Shown here in pieces: positions 38,450 through 48,268 of a DNA stretch of 64,000 bases. A program made the position numbers and the translations under genes. The stretch's first letter is position 1. Each line of letters opens with the position of its first letter. The notes under the pieces were generated by a model. That model worked only from the letters and a program-made list of their open reading frames with translations, made no database searches and was not told the origin of the DNA. The DNA is taken from NCBI GenBank assembly GCA_964466945.1, contig CAYXPA010000006.1, positions 189-64,188 of the forward strand. The letters run 5' to 3'. The DNA comes from an uncultured Verrucomicrobiota bacterium (lineage in GTDB: Bacteria; Verrucomicrobiota; Verrucomicrobiia; Limisphaerales; J093).

Positions 38450-39130
38450 GTGGCGGAAGACATCCCGAACATCCCCGAAGAAATCGCCGAGAGCGCCCCG
38501 GCTGCCCCGCGCGGCGGCGGGCGCGGCGCCGGCCGTCCGGGCGGGCGCGGCGGCGGACGGCGTCCCCGCGCTGCGGGCGAAGGCGCGGCCGCCGGAATGG
38601 ACGGCCAGCCCGGCGACGAACTGGTCGAAAAGGTCCTCTACATCAACCGCTCCTCGAAGGTCGTCAAGGGCGGTCGGCGTTTCAGCTTCAGCGCGCTGAT
38701 GGTTGCCGGCGACCGCAAGGGCCGCGTAGGCCTGGGCCTGGGCAAGGCGGGCGAAGTGGCCGACGCCATCCGCAAGGGCGGTGAGGACGCCCGGCGCAAC
38801 CTCCAGCCCGTGGCGCTGCGCGATTCGACCATCCCCCACGAGGTGCTCGCCGAGTACAGCGGCGCGCGCGTCCTCATTCGGCCGGCCTCGCCCGGCACGG
38901 GCTTGATCGCTGGCAAAACCGTGCGCGCGGTCCTCGAGGCCGCCGGCGTCAAGGACGTGTTGAGCAAATGTCTGGGCTCGCGCAACGCGGCCAACGTGGC
39001 CAAGGCCACGCTCAACGCCCTGTTGCAACTGCGCCGACGCGAGACGATTTACCAGTTGCGCGGTCTGCCGGTTCCTGCGGCGCCGCCCGCGCCGGCACCC
39101 GAACCGACCCCGACCCCGGCCTCCGCCTGA
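38450..39130 (+). CDS. rpsE: 30S ribosomal protein S5
   Basis: GTG start with AGGAG 8 nt upstream. uS5 core plus an N-terminal RGG-rich and a C-terminal PA-rich extension. Confidence 0.9.
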   Translation: MAEDIPNIPEEIAESAPAAPRGGGRGAGRPGGRGGGRRPRAAGEGAAAGMDGQPGDELVEKVLYINRSSKVVKGGRRFSFSALMVAGDRKGRVGLGLGKAGEVADAIRKGGEDARRNLQPVALRDSTIPHEVLAEYSGARVLIRPASPGTGLIAGKTVRAVLEAAGVKDVLSKCLGSRNAANVAKATLNALLQLRRRETIYQLRGLPVPAAPPAPAPEPTPTPASA

Positions 39131-39144
39131 TTTTTTTCGAGCCT

Positions 39145-39627
39145 ATGCGTCTGCACACTCTCAAACCGGTCCCTGGCGCCAAGAAGCGGCCCAAGCGGTT
39201 GGGCCATGGTCGCGCCAGCGGCCACGGCAAAACCAGCGGTCGCGGCGGCAAGGGCCAGACCGCCCGCACGGGCAGCTCGATTCGCCCCGGGTTCGAGGGC
39301 GGCCAGATGCCGCTGATCCGGCGCATCCCCAAGCGCGGCTTCAACAACGCCCGGTTCGCCACCCGGTACATCCCCGTGAATGTCGGGGCCCTCAACCGCT
39401 TCGAGGACGGCACGCGGGTGGACGAGGCCCTGCTGCGGCAGGCCGGTTTGGCCAACGGCCGGGCCGACGGCATCAAAATCCTGGGCGACGGCGAACTCAC
39501 CCGGAAACTGACCGTGTGTGCCCATGCCTTCAGTGCGTCCGCCCGGGCCAAAATCGAGCAAGCGGGCGGGGTGGTGGAGGTGGTGGTCAAGGCGTCGCCC
39601 GCGGCCCCCGCGGGGCAAGCTGCGTAA
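39145..39627 (+). CDS. rplO: 50S ribosomal protein L15
   Basis: MRLHTLKPVPGAKKRPKRLGHG... is a canonical uL15. ATG at 39145. It follows rpsE directly, with no rpmD. Confidence 0.95.
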   Translation: MRLHTLKPVPGAKKRPKRLGHGRASGHGKTSGRGGKGQTARTGSSIRPGFEGGQMPLIRRIPKRGFNNARFATRYIPVNVGALNRFEDGTRVDEALLRQAGLANGRADGIKILGDGELTRKLTVCAHAFSASARAKIEQAGGVVEVVVKASPAAPAGQAA

Positions 39628-39651
39628 AGCCGGTCCGCGGCCCCGGCCCTT

Positions 39652-41049
39652 ATGTTCAAGAGCATCCTCGATACCTTCGCCAACTGCTTCAAAATCCCGG
39701 AGCTCAAGTCCCGGATTTTCTTCACGGTTTTGCTGTTGGCGGTTTGCCGGCTCATTGCGTTGATTCCCATCCCGGGGCTGGACGGCGCCGCGCTGGCCCA
39801 GTACTTCGAGCAAAACGCGCAGCAGACCGGCGGTTTGCTGGGGATGTACAGCCTGTTTACGGGCGGGGCGATGGAGCGCTGCGCCATCGGCTCGCTGGGC
39901 ATCATGCCCTACATCAGCGCCACGATCATCATCCAGTTGATGAGCGCGGTGATTCCCCAGTTGAGCAAGCTCGTCCGGGAAGAAGGCGGCCGGGTTAAGA
40001 TCATCCAGTACGGTCGGTACCTGACCGTGCTCTTGTGCCTGGGCCAGGGCTTCGTGATGTCCCTGGGTTGGGAGAACCCGCAGAAGGTTTTCGGCGAAAG
40101 CTTCGTGGGCAACCTGGTGCTCGTGGACAACGTGTGGTGGTATCGCATCCAGACCACGCTGATCCTGACCACCGGGACGGTGCTGTTGATGTGGCTGGGC
40201 GAGCAGATCAGCGAGCGCGGCATCGGCAACGGGGCCTCGCTGGTGATCACCATCGGCATCGTGTCCCGCGTGCCGCAGGCCATCACGGCCCTGTGGTTGA
40301 TGTTCTTCCCGCCGCGCGGGGTGCAATCGAACTACAACCTCTTCCACGCCATTGCGCTGGTGTTGCTGCTGGTGGCGGTGGTGGCCGCGGTGATCGCCGT
40401 CGTCCAGGCCCAGCGCAAGGTGCCGGTGCAGTACGCGCAGCGGGCTGTGGGACGCAAGGTGTACGCCGGCGGCACCTCGTTCCTGCCGCTGCGGGTGAAC
40501 TACTCCGGGGTCATGCCCATCATCTTCGCCCAGGCCATCCTGATGTTCCCCGAGAAAATTTTCTACACGCTCGCCCAAGTGACCGAAAAGAGCATGGCCG
40601 GCTTCTCGAAGGTCTGCCAGGCCGTCGCCGTGGCCTTGCAACACGGCAGCCCGCTGTACATTTCCCTCGAGGCCCTGATGATCCTGTTCTTCGCCTACTT
40701 CTGGGTGGCCACCCAGTTCAACGAGGTGCAGATCGCCGACGACCTCAAGAAGTACGGCGGCTACATCCCCGGCGTGCGGCCCGGCCAGGCCACCAGCGAC
40801 TTCCTGCACCGGGCGATGAGCCGGATCACGCTGGCGGGGGCGATTTTCCTGGTGGTCATTGCCATCATTCCCACCTTGCTGTTCAAATGGGCGGGGGTGC
40901 CCTTCGAGGTGGGCCAGTTTTTTGGCGGCACCAGCATGTTGATCACAGTGGGGGTCATGTTGGACACCACCCGGCAGATGGAGTCCCACCTGTTGATGCG
41001 GCACTACGATGGGTTCCTGAAGAAAGGCCGCATCAAGGGGCGCTTTTAG
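39652..41049 (+). CDS. secY: preprotein translocase subunit SecY
   Basis: 465-aa, 10-TM SecY. Confidence 0.95.
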   Translation: MFKSILDTFANCFKIPELKSRIFFTVLLLAVCRLIALIPIPGLDGAALAQYFEQNAQQTGGLLGMYSLFTGGAMERCAIGSLGIMPYISATIIIQLMSAVIPQLSKLVREEGGRVKIIQYGRYLTVLLCLGQGFVMSLGWENPQKVFGESFVGNLVLVDNVWWYRIQTTLILTTGTVLLMWLGEQISERGIGNGASLVITIGIVSRVPQAITALWLMFFPPRGVQSNYNLFHAIALVLLLVAVVAAVIAVVQAQRKVPVQYAQRAVGRKVYAGGTSFLPLRVNYSGVMPIIFAQAILMFPEKIFYTLAQVTEKSMAGFSKVCQAVAVALQHGSPLYISLEALMILFFAYFWVATQFNEVQIADDLKKYGGYIPGVRPGQATSDFLHRAMSRITLAGAIFLVVIAIIPTLLFKWAGVPFEVGQFFGGTSMLITVGVMLDTTRQMESHLLMRHYDGFLKKGRIKGRF

Positions 41050-41144
41050 AGGCGGCGCCGGCGATGCACCCGGACGGTTCTACGGGCGGATAACGGCGGC
41101 GCCACAGTTCTTTCACACGCGGGAGACTCGTGCAAAAGTAAGGC

Positions 41145-41918
41145 ATGATCCCGATCAAAAACGAGCGGGAACAGGCGGCCATGCGCGCGGCGGGCGCGGT
41201 CGCGGCGGCCGTCCTGGCCGAGGTGGCGGCGTTCATCCGGCCCGGGGTGACCACGGCCGAGGTGGACCGGTTTGCCGCCGAGTGCATCCGCCGGCACGGG
41301 GCGCGCAGCGCGTTCCTGGGATACAAAAAGTACCCCTGCCATGTGTGCATCTCGGTCAACGAAGAGGTCGTCCACGGCCTGGCCGGGCCGCGCCGCTTGG
41401 AGTTCGGCGACATCGTCAGCCTGGACGTGGGCGTGGTGTACCACGGGTTCATCGGCGACAACGCCCGGACGGTGCCGGTGGGCGGGTGCAGTCCCCTGGC
41501 GCAAAAATTGATTGATGTCACCGAGCAGGCCCTGTATATCGGCATCGGGCAGGCCCGCGCCGGCAACCGGGTGGTGGACATCTCCCGCAGCATCCAGGAG
41601 TTCGTGGAACGCCACGGCTTCAGCGTGGTGCGCGAGTTTGTGGGTCACGGCGTCGGACGCACGATGCACGAGGAGCCGCAGGTGCCCAATTACGTGGACG
41701 GCAAGAAATCGCCGCGGCTCCAGCCGGGCATGACCCTGGCCATCGAGCCGATGGTCAATGCCGGCCGCCCGCAGGTCCGGGTGCTGCGCGACGGCTGGAC
41801 CGTGGTCAGCGAAGACGGGATGCCGTCCGCGCACTTCGAGCACACGGTGCTGGTGACTGCGGGCGACCCGGAGATTTTGACATGTTACCGGCCGATGCCT
41901 GCCGTGTTGGCGCGGTGA
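41145..41918 (+). CDS. map: type I methionine aminopeptidase
   Basis: Canonical MAP metal-ligand pattern (D..D..H..E..E). Confidence 0.95.
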   Translation: MIPIKNEREQAAMRAAGAVAAAVLAEVAAFIRPGVTTAEVDRFAAECIRRHGARSAFLGYKKYPCHVCISVNEEVVHGLAGPRRLEFGDIVSLDVGVVYHGFIGDNARTVPVGGCSPLAQKLIDVTEQALYIGIGQARAGNRVVDISRSIQEFVERHGFSVVREFVGHGVGRTMHEEPQVPNYVDGKKSPRLQPGMTLAIEPMVNAGRPQVRVLRDGWTVVSEDGMPSAHFEHTVLVTAGDPEILTCYRPMPAVLAR

Positions 41919-42121
41919 TTGTGAAGACCCTCGCGCCTGGCGTGTGGCAGGTCGAGCTGCCCAACGGCCACCGGCTTGTGGCGCGGGTGCGCCGGCGCGA
42001 GCTGGCCCGCGCGGCGGCAGCGGGGCTGGGGCCGGGCTCCCCGGTGGAAGTGTGGGTGACGCCCGGCGACATGTCGCAGGGCCTGGTAATTTTTGAAGCG
42101 CAGAACCAGTTGAAAGCGTGA
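41882..42121 (+). CDS. infA: divergent translation initiation factor IF-1-like S1-fold protein
   Basis: Sits in the canonical infA slot between map and rpmJ. The N-terminal 30 aa align without gaps to E. coli IF1 (TL.P....VEL.NGH). The rest is highly divergent. Overlaps map by 37 nt. Confidence 0.65.
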   Translation: MLPADACRVGAVIVKTLAPGVWQVELPNGHRLVARVRRRELARAAAAGLGPGSPVEVWVTPGDMSQGLVIFEAQNQLKA

Positions 42122-42125
42122 GACC

Positions 42126-42239
42126 ATGAAAGTTCGAGCGTCCGTCAAGCGACTCTGCGAGCACTGCAAAGTGGTGCGTCGCAAGGGCGTGATCCGTGTC
42201 ATTTGCACCAACCCGCGCCACAAGCAGCGGCAGGGCTAG
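42126..42239 (+). CDS. rpmJ: 50S ribosomal protein L36 (Zn-ribbon form)
   Basis: Hand-translated as [37 protein letters not shown]. Too short for the ORF track. Confidence 0.9.
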   Translation: MKVRASVKRLCEHCKVVRRKGVIRVICTNPRHKQRQG

Positions 42240-42264
42240 GCTTTTCTCAACTTGCAATCCTCCT

Positions 42265-42660
42265 ATGGCTCGCATCCTCGGCGTTGACATCCCCGGCAAC
42301 AAGCGCATTGACATTGCGCTGCGCTACATCTACGGCATCGGCCCGTCCAACTCGAAGGTCATCTTGGAACGCGCCCAAATTGACCCGTCCATCCGGGCCA
42401 AGGACCTGACCGAGCAGCAACTCTCCCAAATCGTGCATGCCATCCAGGAGGGGCAGTACGTGATCGAAGGAGATTTGCGCCGGGAAATCGGCCTCAACCT
42501 CAAGCGCCTGCAGGCCATCAAATGCTATCGCGGCATCCGCCACCTCCGTGGCCTGCCCGTGCGCGGTCAACGCACCCAGACCAACGCCCGCACCCGCAAG
42601 GGCCCGCGCAAGACCGTGGGCGTGCAGCGCAATCCCAACGCCAAGGCGGGCATCCACTAA
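42265..42660 (+). CDS. rpsM: 30S ribosomal protein S13
   Basis: [14 protein letters not shown]... is a canonical uS13. Confidence 0.95.
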   Translation: MARILGVDIPGNKRIDIALRYIYGIGPSNSKVILERAQIDPSIRAKDLTEQQLSQIVHAIQEGQYVIEGDLRREIGLNLKRLQAIKCYRGIRHLRGLPVRGQRTQTNARTRKGPRKTVGVQRNPNAKAGIH

Positions 42661-42679
42661 TCCCGGATTAATCTGAGCT

Positions 42680-43330
42680 ATGGCTGAAGCCAAACCCAAT
42701 CCTGCTCCCGAATCGGGCAAATCTTCCCCGCCAGTCGCCCCGGCCGCCAAGCCGGCCAAACCGGCCAAGCCCGCCGGAGGCGACGCCGGTGAAAAGACCG
42801 CCGCCAAAGGTGCGGCGAAACCGGCGGAAAAAGCTTCCGACAAAGGCGCGGATAAAGCGGTCAAGGCCGCCGCCACCGCCGCCGCTCCGGCAGCGCCTGA
42901 AGCTCCCGCTGCCCCCACGGCGGCCGAATTGCTGGCCGACGACCTGGCCGGCAAGAAGATCATCAAGGCCAAGGGCGCCAAGAACATCACCAGCGGCATC
43001 GCTCACATCCTGGCCACGTTCAACAACACCATCGTTTCGATCACCGACATGCAGGGCAATGTCCTCGGCTGGGCCACCGCCGGGCGTGCCGGCTTCAAGG
43101 GCTCGCGCAAGAGCACGGCCTTTGCGGCCCAGCAAGTGGCCCAACTGGCCGCCCGCCAGGCCATGGCTCACGGGATGCGCGAGGTGGAAGTGCACGTCAA
43201 AGGCCCCGGCTCGGGCCGCGAGTCGGCCATTCGCGCCCTGCAGGCCATTGGCCTGGACATCACCGTGATCAAGGACGTGACCCCGATCCCGCACAACGGA
43301 TGCCGGCCGCGCAAGAAGCGCCGCGTTTAA
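42680..43330 (+). CDS. rpsK: 30S ribosomal protein S11 with ~90-aa Ala/Lys/Pro-rich N-terminal extension
   Basis: The uS11 core starts near [18 protein letters not shown]. The protein is 216 aa, against about 130 aa for a typical uS11. Confidence 0.9.
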   Translation: MAEAKPNPAPESGKSSPPVAPAAKPAKPAKPAGGDAGEKTAAKGAAKPAEKASDKGADKAVKAAATAAAPAAPEAPAAPTAAELLADDLAGKKIIKAKGAKNITSGIAHILATFNNTIVSITDMQGNVLGWATAGRAGFKGSRKSTAFAAQQVAQLAARQAMAHGMREVEVHVKGPGSGRESAIRALQAIGLDITVIKDVTPIPHNGCRPRKKRRV

Positions 43331-43362
43331 CCTGTCCGGCAAGGCAATCTCTCCCGCACCCT

Positions 43363-43971
43363 ATGGCTCGTTACACTGGTCCTCGCGTTCGCGTCAGCCG
43401 CCGTTTCGGCGTGCCCATTTTTGGTCCCACGAAGTACCTCGAGCGCCGCAACTACGGTCCCGGCGTCCATGGCCCCAAGAGCCGCCGCAAGGTGTCCGAC
43501 TACGGACTGGGCCTGATGGAAAAGCAGAAACTCCGTTACTACTACGGGCTGATGGAACGGCAGTTCCGGCGCGTGTACGAGCGGGCGCTGCGCACCCGCG
43601 GGGTGACCGGTGAGATCATGCTGCAGATTTTGGAAACGCGGCTGGACAACGTGGTGTACCACCTGGGCTTTGCCCCCACGCGGCCGGCGGCCCGGCAGGT
43701 GGTCACCCACGGTCACATCCAGGTCAACGGACGCAAGGTCACCGTGCCCTCGTTTGCCCTGAAGGTGAACGACGTGATCGAGGTGCGGCCGCACAACGTC
43801 TCGCGCCAGATGGCCAGCCGCGCGCTCGAGGCCGCCGGCAGCCGCACCGTGCCCGACTGGTTGTCCCTGAACAAGGACGCCTTCAAGGGTACGGTCATGC
43901 GCCTGCCCGGCCGCGAGGAAATCCAACCCATCGCCAATGAACAGGCGGTGGTCGAATTCTATTCCCGCTAG
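43363..43971 (+). CDS. rpsD: 30S ribosomal protein S4
   Basis: MARYTGPRVRVSRRFG... is a canonical uS4. Confidence 0.95.
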   Translation: MARYTGPRVRVSRRFGVPIFGPTKYLERRNYGPGVHGPKSRRKVSDYGLGLMEKQKLRYYYGLMERQFRRVYERALRTRGVTGEIMLQILETRLDNVVYHLGFAPTRPAARQVVTHGHIQVNGRKVTVPSFALKVNDVIEVRPHNVSRQMASRALEAAGSRTVPDWLSLNKDAFKGTVMRLPGREEIQPIANEQAVVEFYSR

Positions 43972-44071
43972 TCTTGCGGGCCCCGGGTGGGGCCCCGGCA
44001 ATTACACGGGCCGGCTCCCCGGCGGGAATAGGAGCGGAGCCGGTCAGATTAAAATTGCTGCCTGAACCACT

Positions 44072-45085
44072 ATGCCAGTACGACTCGGTCGGTTTGAAAT
44101 GCCCAAGCGGTTGGTGCGCGACGACGCCACCGCCACAGCCACCTATGCCCGGTTCGTGGCCGAGCCCTTCGAAACGGGCTACGGCTACACCATCGGCAAC
44201 TCCCTGCGTCGCGTTTTGCTCTCCTCGCTCGAGGGGGCGGCCATCACCTCCGTCAAAATTGACGGGGCCATGCACGAATTCACCACCATTGACGGCGTGG
44301 TCGAGGACGTCACGGAAATCGTGCTCAACCTCAAAAAAATCAAGTTCCGGGCCCACACCCGCGACCCGCAAATCCTCCTCCTTTCCGTCAACAAAGAAGG
44401 GCCGGTCACCGCGGCGGACATCCAGCTCAACCAGAATCTCGAGTTGGTGAACCCCGACCAGTTGATCTGCACCCTCGACCGGAAAAAGAAGTTCGACATG
44501 GAGCTCGAGGTCAAGGTGGGCCGCGGCTACTGTCCGGGCGACGAAAACAAAAAGCCCGACCAGCCCATCGGCGTCATTGCCATTGACTCGCTCTTCTCAC
44601 CGGTGGTCCGTGTCCGCTATCAGGTCGAAGCCGCTCGCGTGGGCCAAAAAACCGACTACGACCGCCTCATCCTCGAAATCTGGACCGACGGCCGGATCAC
44701 GCCGGAAGACGCGCTGACGCAATCCGCCGCCATTCTCCAGAAACACCTGGACGTATTCGTGGGCTACGACAAGAACGCCGTCCAGTTCGAGGAGGTGGAG
44801 AACAAACAGGACGAGGAGCGCGCCCGCCTGCGCAAGCTCTACAACATGAGCGTCAACGAAATCGAGCTCAGCGTCCGCGCGGCCAACTGCCTCAACAACG
44901 CCAACATCACCACCGTCGGCCAGTTGGCCATGAAGACCGAGAGCGAAATGCTCAAGTACCGCAACTTCGGCAAGAAATCCCTCAACGAGATCAAGGAGAA
45001 GCTGGCCGCCCTGGGCCTGACCCTGGGCATGAAGATTGACCCCAGTCTCCTGGACCTGCCGAAAGAAACGCCCAAAAAGGCCTGA
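44072..45085 (+). CDS. rpoA: DNA-directed RNA polymerase subunit alpha
   Basis: Canonical NTD and CTD (NCLNNANITTVGQL). Confidence 0.95.
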   Translation: MPVRLGRFEMPKRLVRDDATATATYARFVAEPFETGYGYTIGNSLRRVLLSSLEGAAITSVKIDGAMHEFTTIDGVVEDVTEIVLNLKKIKFRAHTRDPQILLLSVNKEGPVTAADIQLNQNLELVNPDQLICTLDRKKKFDMELEVKVGRGYCPGDENKKPDQPIGVIAIDSLFSPVVRVRYQVEAARVGQKTDYDRLILEIWTDGRITPEDALTQSAAILQKHLDVFVGYDKNAVQFEEVENKQDEERARLRKLYNMSVNEIELSVRAANCLNNANITTVGQLAMKTESEMLKYRNFGKKSLNEIKEKLAALGLTLGMKIDPSLLDLPKETPKKA

Positions 45086-45102
45086 GCGCCGCCGCCCCGC
45101 CT

Positions 45103-45555
45103 ATGCGACACCTCAAGCGCACCGCCAAGCTCGGCCGCACCAGCGAGCACCGCAACCGGATGCTCGCCAGCCTGGTGTGCAGCCTCATCAAACACCGCCG
45201 CATCACCACCACCCTGGCCAAGGCCAAGGCGGCCCGCCCCGTGGCCGAGAAAATCGTCACCTTAGCCAAGCGCGGCACCCTGCACGCCCGTCGGCTCGCC
45301 CTGGCCCGCCTCTACCAGGACAAGGAAGCCTTGCGCATCCTCTTTCGCGACATCGCCCCGGCCCACAAGGACCGGCCCGGCGGCTACACCCGCATTATCA
45401 AACTCATGCACCACCGCCGCGGCGACGCGGCCCCGCAGGCCATTCTCGAGTTTGTGGAGGCCCCGACCCCCGCCCCGGCGGAGGGCACCCCGAGCGCCGC
45501 GGAAACCGCCGCACCGGCGTCCCCGGAAAAACCCGCGGAAAAGCCCGCGTCCTGA
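45103..45555 (+). CDS. rplQ: 50S ribosomal protein L17
   Basis: Canonical bL17 plus a PA-rich tail. Confidence 0.95.
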   Translation: MRHLKRTAKLGRTSEHRNRMLASLVCSLIKHRRITTTLAKAKAARPVAEKIVTLAKRGTLHARRLALARLYQDKEALRILFRDIAPAHKDRPGGYTRIIKLMHHRRGDAAPQAILEFVEAPTPAPAEGTPSAAETAAPASPEKPAEKPAS

Positions 45556-45580
45556 AGACGCGCCCATTTCTTAGTACGCG

Positions 45581-45616
45581 ACCGGCCCGCTGACTTGGCG
45601 GGCCGGTTTGCTTTTG
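45581..45616 (+). terminator. rho-independent terminator ending the ribosomal supercluster
   Basis: 10-bp stem ACCGGCCCGC/GCGGGCCGGT with a 7-nt loop, followed by TTGCTTTTG. Confidence 0.8.
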
Positions 45617-45657
45617 GGGCTCGAGGCAGGTCGCGCCCGCGCCTCAAGCGGGGGCGG

Positions 45658-46095
45658 TCAGGACCCGGACGCAGGCTCCTGCCACCAGGCCGGCGTGCTT
45701 CGGAGCAATTCCAGCAGCCGGGCGTCGGCCGGGGGAAAATCGTAGCGGTCCAACTCATCCGCCGTGACCCAGGCCAACGCCTGGCAGCCCAAGGGCCGGG
45801 GCTTTCCGACCGCCAGGCGGCAGCGGAAGAAGTGCAGGCGCACGCGCCGCTCGGGGTAGGCATGTTCCAAGGTCAGGAGGGGCTCAATCAGCGTCACCCG
45901 CACGGCCAGCTCCTCCCACAGCTCCCGGTGCAAACAAGCGGCCGGGGTTTCGCCCGGCTCGCACTTGCCGCCCGGGAATTCCCACAACCCGCCCAGATGA
46001 TCGCCGCGCCGGCGCTGGCAGAGCAGCACCCGACCGCGATGAAAGATGACCCCGGCGGCCACCTCCACCGGCGGGACTGGGTTGAGGGCCGACAT
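45658..46095 (-). CDS. NUDIX hydrolase (MutT-like)
   Basis: Nudix box GGKCEPGETPAACLHRELWEELAV. ATG at 46095. Confidence 0.8.
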   Translation of the reverse strand: MSALNPVPPVEVAAGVIFHRGRVLLCQRRRGDHLGGLWEFPGGKCEPGETPAACLHRELWEELAVRVTLIEPLLTLEHAYPERRVRLHFFRCRLAVGKPRPLGCQALAWVTADELDRYDFPPADARLLELLRSTPAWWQEPASGS

Positions 46096-46099
46096 GGCC

Positions 46100-47398
46100 T
46101 CAGCGCCCCACGCTCTTGTACACCCAGCCCAGACGCTCCATTTCGCGCGGGTCAAACAGATTGCGGCCGTCGAACAGGATCGGGTGGGTCATGGTGCGGC
46201 GCGCGCGATCGAGGTCCAGCTCCTTGAATTCCGGCCACTCGGTGGCAATGACCAGGGCGTCGCAGCCCTCGGCCACTGCGTCGCGCTCGGGCACGTACTC
46301 GACCTGCGGCCCGGGCGGCAACACGGCCTTGGCCTTCTCCATCGCGCGGGGGTCGTACACGCGCAGCCGGGCGCCTTCGCGCAGGAGCCGCTGACAAACC
46401 TCGATGGCGGGGGACATCCGCACGTCGTCGGTGTTTTGCTTGAAGGCCAGCCCCAGCACGCCGATGCGCTTGTCCTTGAGCACCCAGAGCGTGTCGGTGA
46501 TTTTGCGCAGGAACCGGTCCATCTGCTGGGTGTTGATCAACTGCACCTGCTTCAGCAGCCCGAAGTCGTAGCCCAGTTGCTCGGCGATCTTGATGAAAGC
46601 GCTCAGGTCCTTGGGAAAGCAACTGCCGCCGAAGCCGATGCCCGCGTCCAGAAAGCGGCGGCCGATGCGCTTGTCCAGCCCGATGCCGTTGGCCACTTCC
46701 TGCACGTCCGCGCCCGAGGCCTCGCAGATGACCGAGATGGCGTTGATGTACGAGATTTTCAGCGCCAGGAACGAGTTGGCCGCGTGCTTGATCAGCTCGG
46801 CCGAGTTGATGTCCGTGACCAGGATGGGCGCATCAATCGGCGCGTAAATCTCCCGCATCGCCGGCACCGGCCGCGGGCTGGCGGCGCCAATCACGATCCG
46901 GTCCGGGTGCATGAAGTCCTCGACCGCGAAGCCCTCGCGTAAAAATTCCGGGTTGCTCACCACGTCGAACTCGACCCGGGCCCGGTTGTAGCGCCGGATG
47001 GTCTCGGCCACCTTCTCGCCGGTCTTCACCGGCACCGTGCTCTTGTCCACCACGATCTTGTACGAGGTGAGGCATGCCGCGATTTCCCGGGCCACGCCCT
47101 CGATGTAGCTCAGGTCCACGCTCCCGTCCGGCAACGGCGGCGTGGGCACGGCGATGAAGACCACGTCCGACTGCGCGACCCCCTCCGCCACGCTGTCGGT
47201 GAACCGCAACCGCCCCGCGGCCACGTTGCGCGGCACCAGCTCCTCGAGCCCCGGCTCGTAAATCGGGATGCCGCCGCCCTGGAGCAGGCGCACCTTTTCC
47301 ACGTTGTTGTCCACGCAGATGACCCGGTGGCCGATCTCCGCAAAGCAGGTCCCGGTCACCAAACCCACGTAGCCGGTTCCAATGATGGCGATGTTCAT
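46100..47398 (-). CDS. ugd: UDP-glucose 6-dehydrogenase
   Basis: MNIAIIGTGYVGLVTG Rossmann motif and full UDPGDH domains. Confidence 0.9.
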   Translation of the reverse strand: MNIAIIGTGYVGLVTGTCFAEIGHRVICVDNNVEKVRLLQGGGIPIYEPGLEELVPRNVAAGRLRFTDSVAEGVAQSDVVFIAVPTPPLPDGSVDLSYIEGVAREIAACLTSYKIVVDKSTVPVKTGEKVAETIRRYNRARVEFDVVSNPEFLREGFAVEDFMHPDRIVIGAASPRPVPAMREIYAPIDAPILVTDINSAELIKHAANSFLALKISYINAISVICEASGADVQEVANGIGLDKRIGRRFLDAGIGFGGSCFPKDLSAFIKIAEQLGYDFGLLKQVQLINTQQMDRFLRKITDTLWVLKDKRIGVLGLAFKQNTDDVRMSPAIEVCQRLLREGARLRVYDPRAMEKAKAVLPPGPQVEYVPERDAVAEGCDALVIATEWPEFKELDLDRARRTMTHPILFDGRNLFDPREMERLGWVYKSVGR

Positions 47399-47470
47399 GC
47401 GAGCCGAGAAAAAGTCATTCCGCTGCCCGGGGCCAGTCCGCGCTGCTCGGAGTCGGCACCAACCGCGCCG

Positions 47471-48268
47471 CTAGGGCGTGGGGGCGGGAGCGCCCGGCGG
47501 GGCGGCGGCGTTGGTGGAGGGGCCGGGCGTGGCGGCGGGTGCAGAGGCCGCCGACGGCGCACCCGCGCCGACTGGAGTGATGACGGGCGGGTTGGCCGGC
47601 GCCGCCGCGGGGGCCAACTCCGGGTGCTGTCGCAGCAGCGTGTCCCGTTTGACCGAGGCCTCCATCGCGGCGCGCCCCGCGGTGCGGTCTGCCTGCAGGC
47701 TGTCATAGATTTTCAGCGCCTCGGCGAATTGTCCGCGCGCCTCGTGCAACGCCGCCAGGGCCAGCCGCGCGCGGCCCGAGACGGGGTCGTCCGGGTACTT
47801 GGCAATCACCTGCTGGTAAGCGGCCATGGCGGCCTCCACCTTGTCCTCGGCATCCAGGCACGTGGCCGCACCCAGCGCCGCCATCGGCGCCAGCAACCCG
47901 GTGTCGTCCCGGGCCACGACCTCCTCGAAACGGGCCCGCGCCTCCGCGTACTTGCCGGCCTGGTACAACTCCCCGGCGGCCAGCAGCAAGGCCCGCACGG
48001 CTGCTTGGGAGGAGCCGTATCGGGCGGCCAGTTGCACAAACGCGTCGTGCCCGGGGCCGGACTTTTCCTCCGCCCGGCCGGCCGGGGTCAGCGCCAGCAG
48101 CGCGTGATTGGCCTGCAATTCATTCTGCCCGCGAAACCAGAAAAAGACGTAGCCGCCCACGATCAGGAGCAACACCCCCACCGCGCCCAGGACCAACTGC
48201 CGGCGGTGCAACTCCGCCCAGGCCCAGGCTTCGTAAATCCACGTGGATTCCTGCTTTTCCGGCTGCAT
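47471..48268 (-). CDS. YfgM-like membrane-anchored TPR protein with PA-rich C-terminal tail
   Basis: N-terminal TM followed by a TPR-like domain. ATG (MQPEKQ) at 48268. Confidence 0.65.
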   Translation of the reverse strand: MQPEKQESTWIYEAWAWAELHRRQLVLGAVGVLLLIVGGYVFFWFRGQNELQANHALLALTPAGRAEEKSGPGHDAFVQLAARYGSSQAAVRALLLAAGELYQAGKYAEARARFEEVVARDDTGLLAPMAALGAATCLDAEDKVEAAMAAYQQVIAKYPDDPVSGRARLALAALHEARGQFAEALKIYDSLQADRTAGRAAMEASVKRDTLLRQHPELAPAAAPANPPVITPVGAGAPSAASAPAATPGPSTNAAAPPGAPAPTP

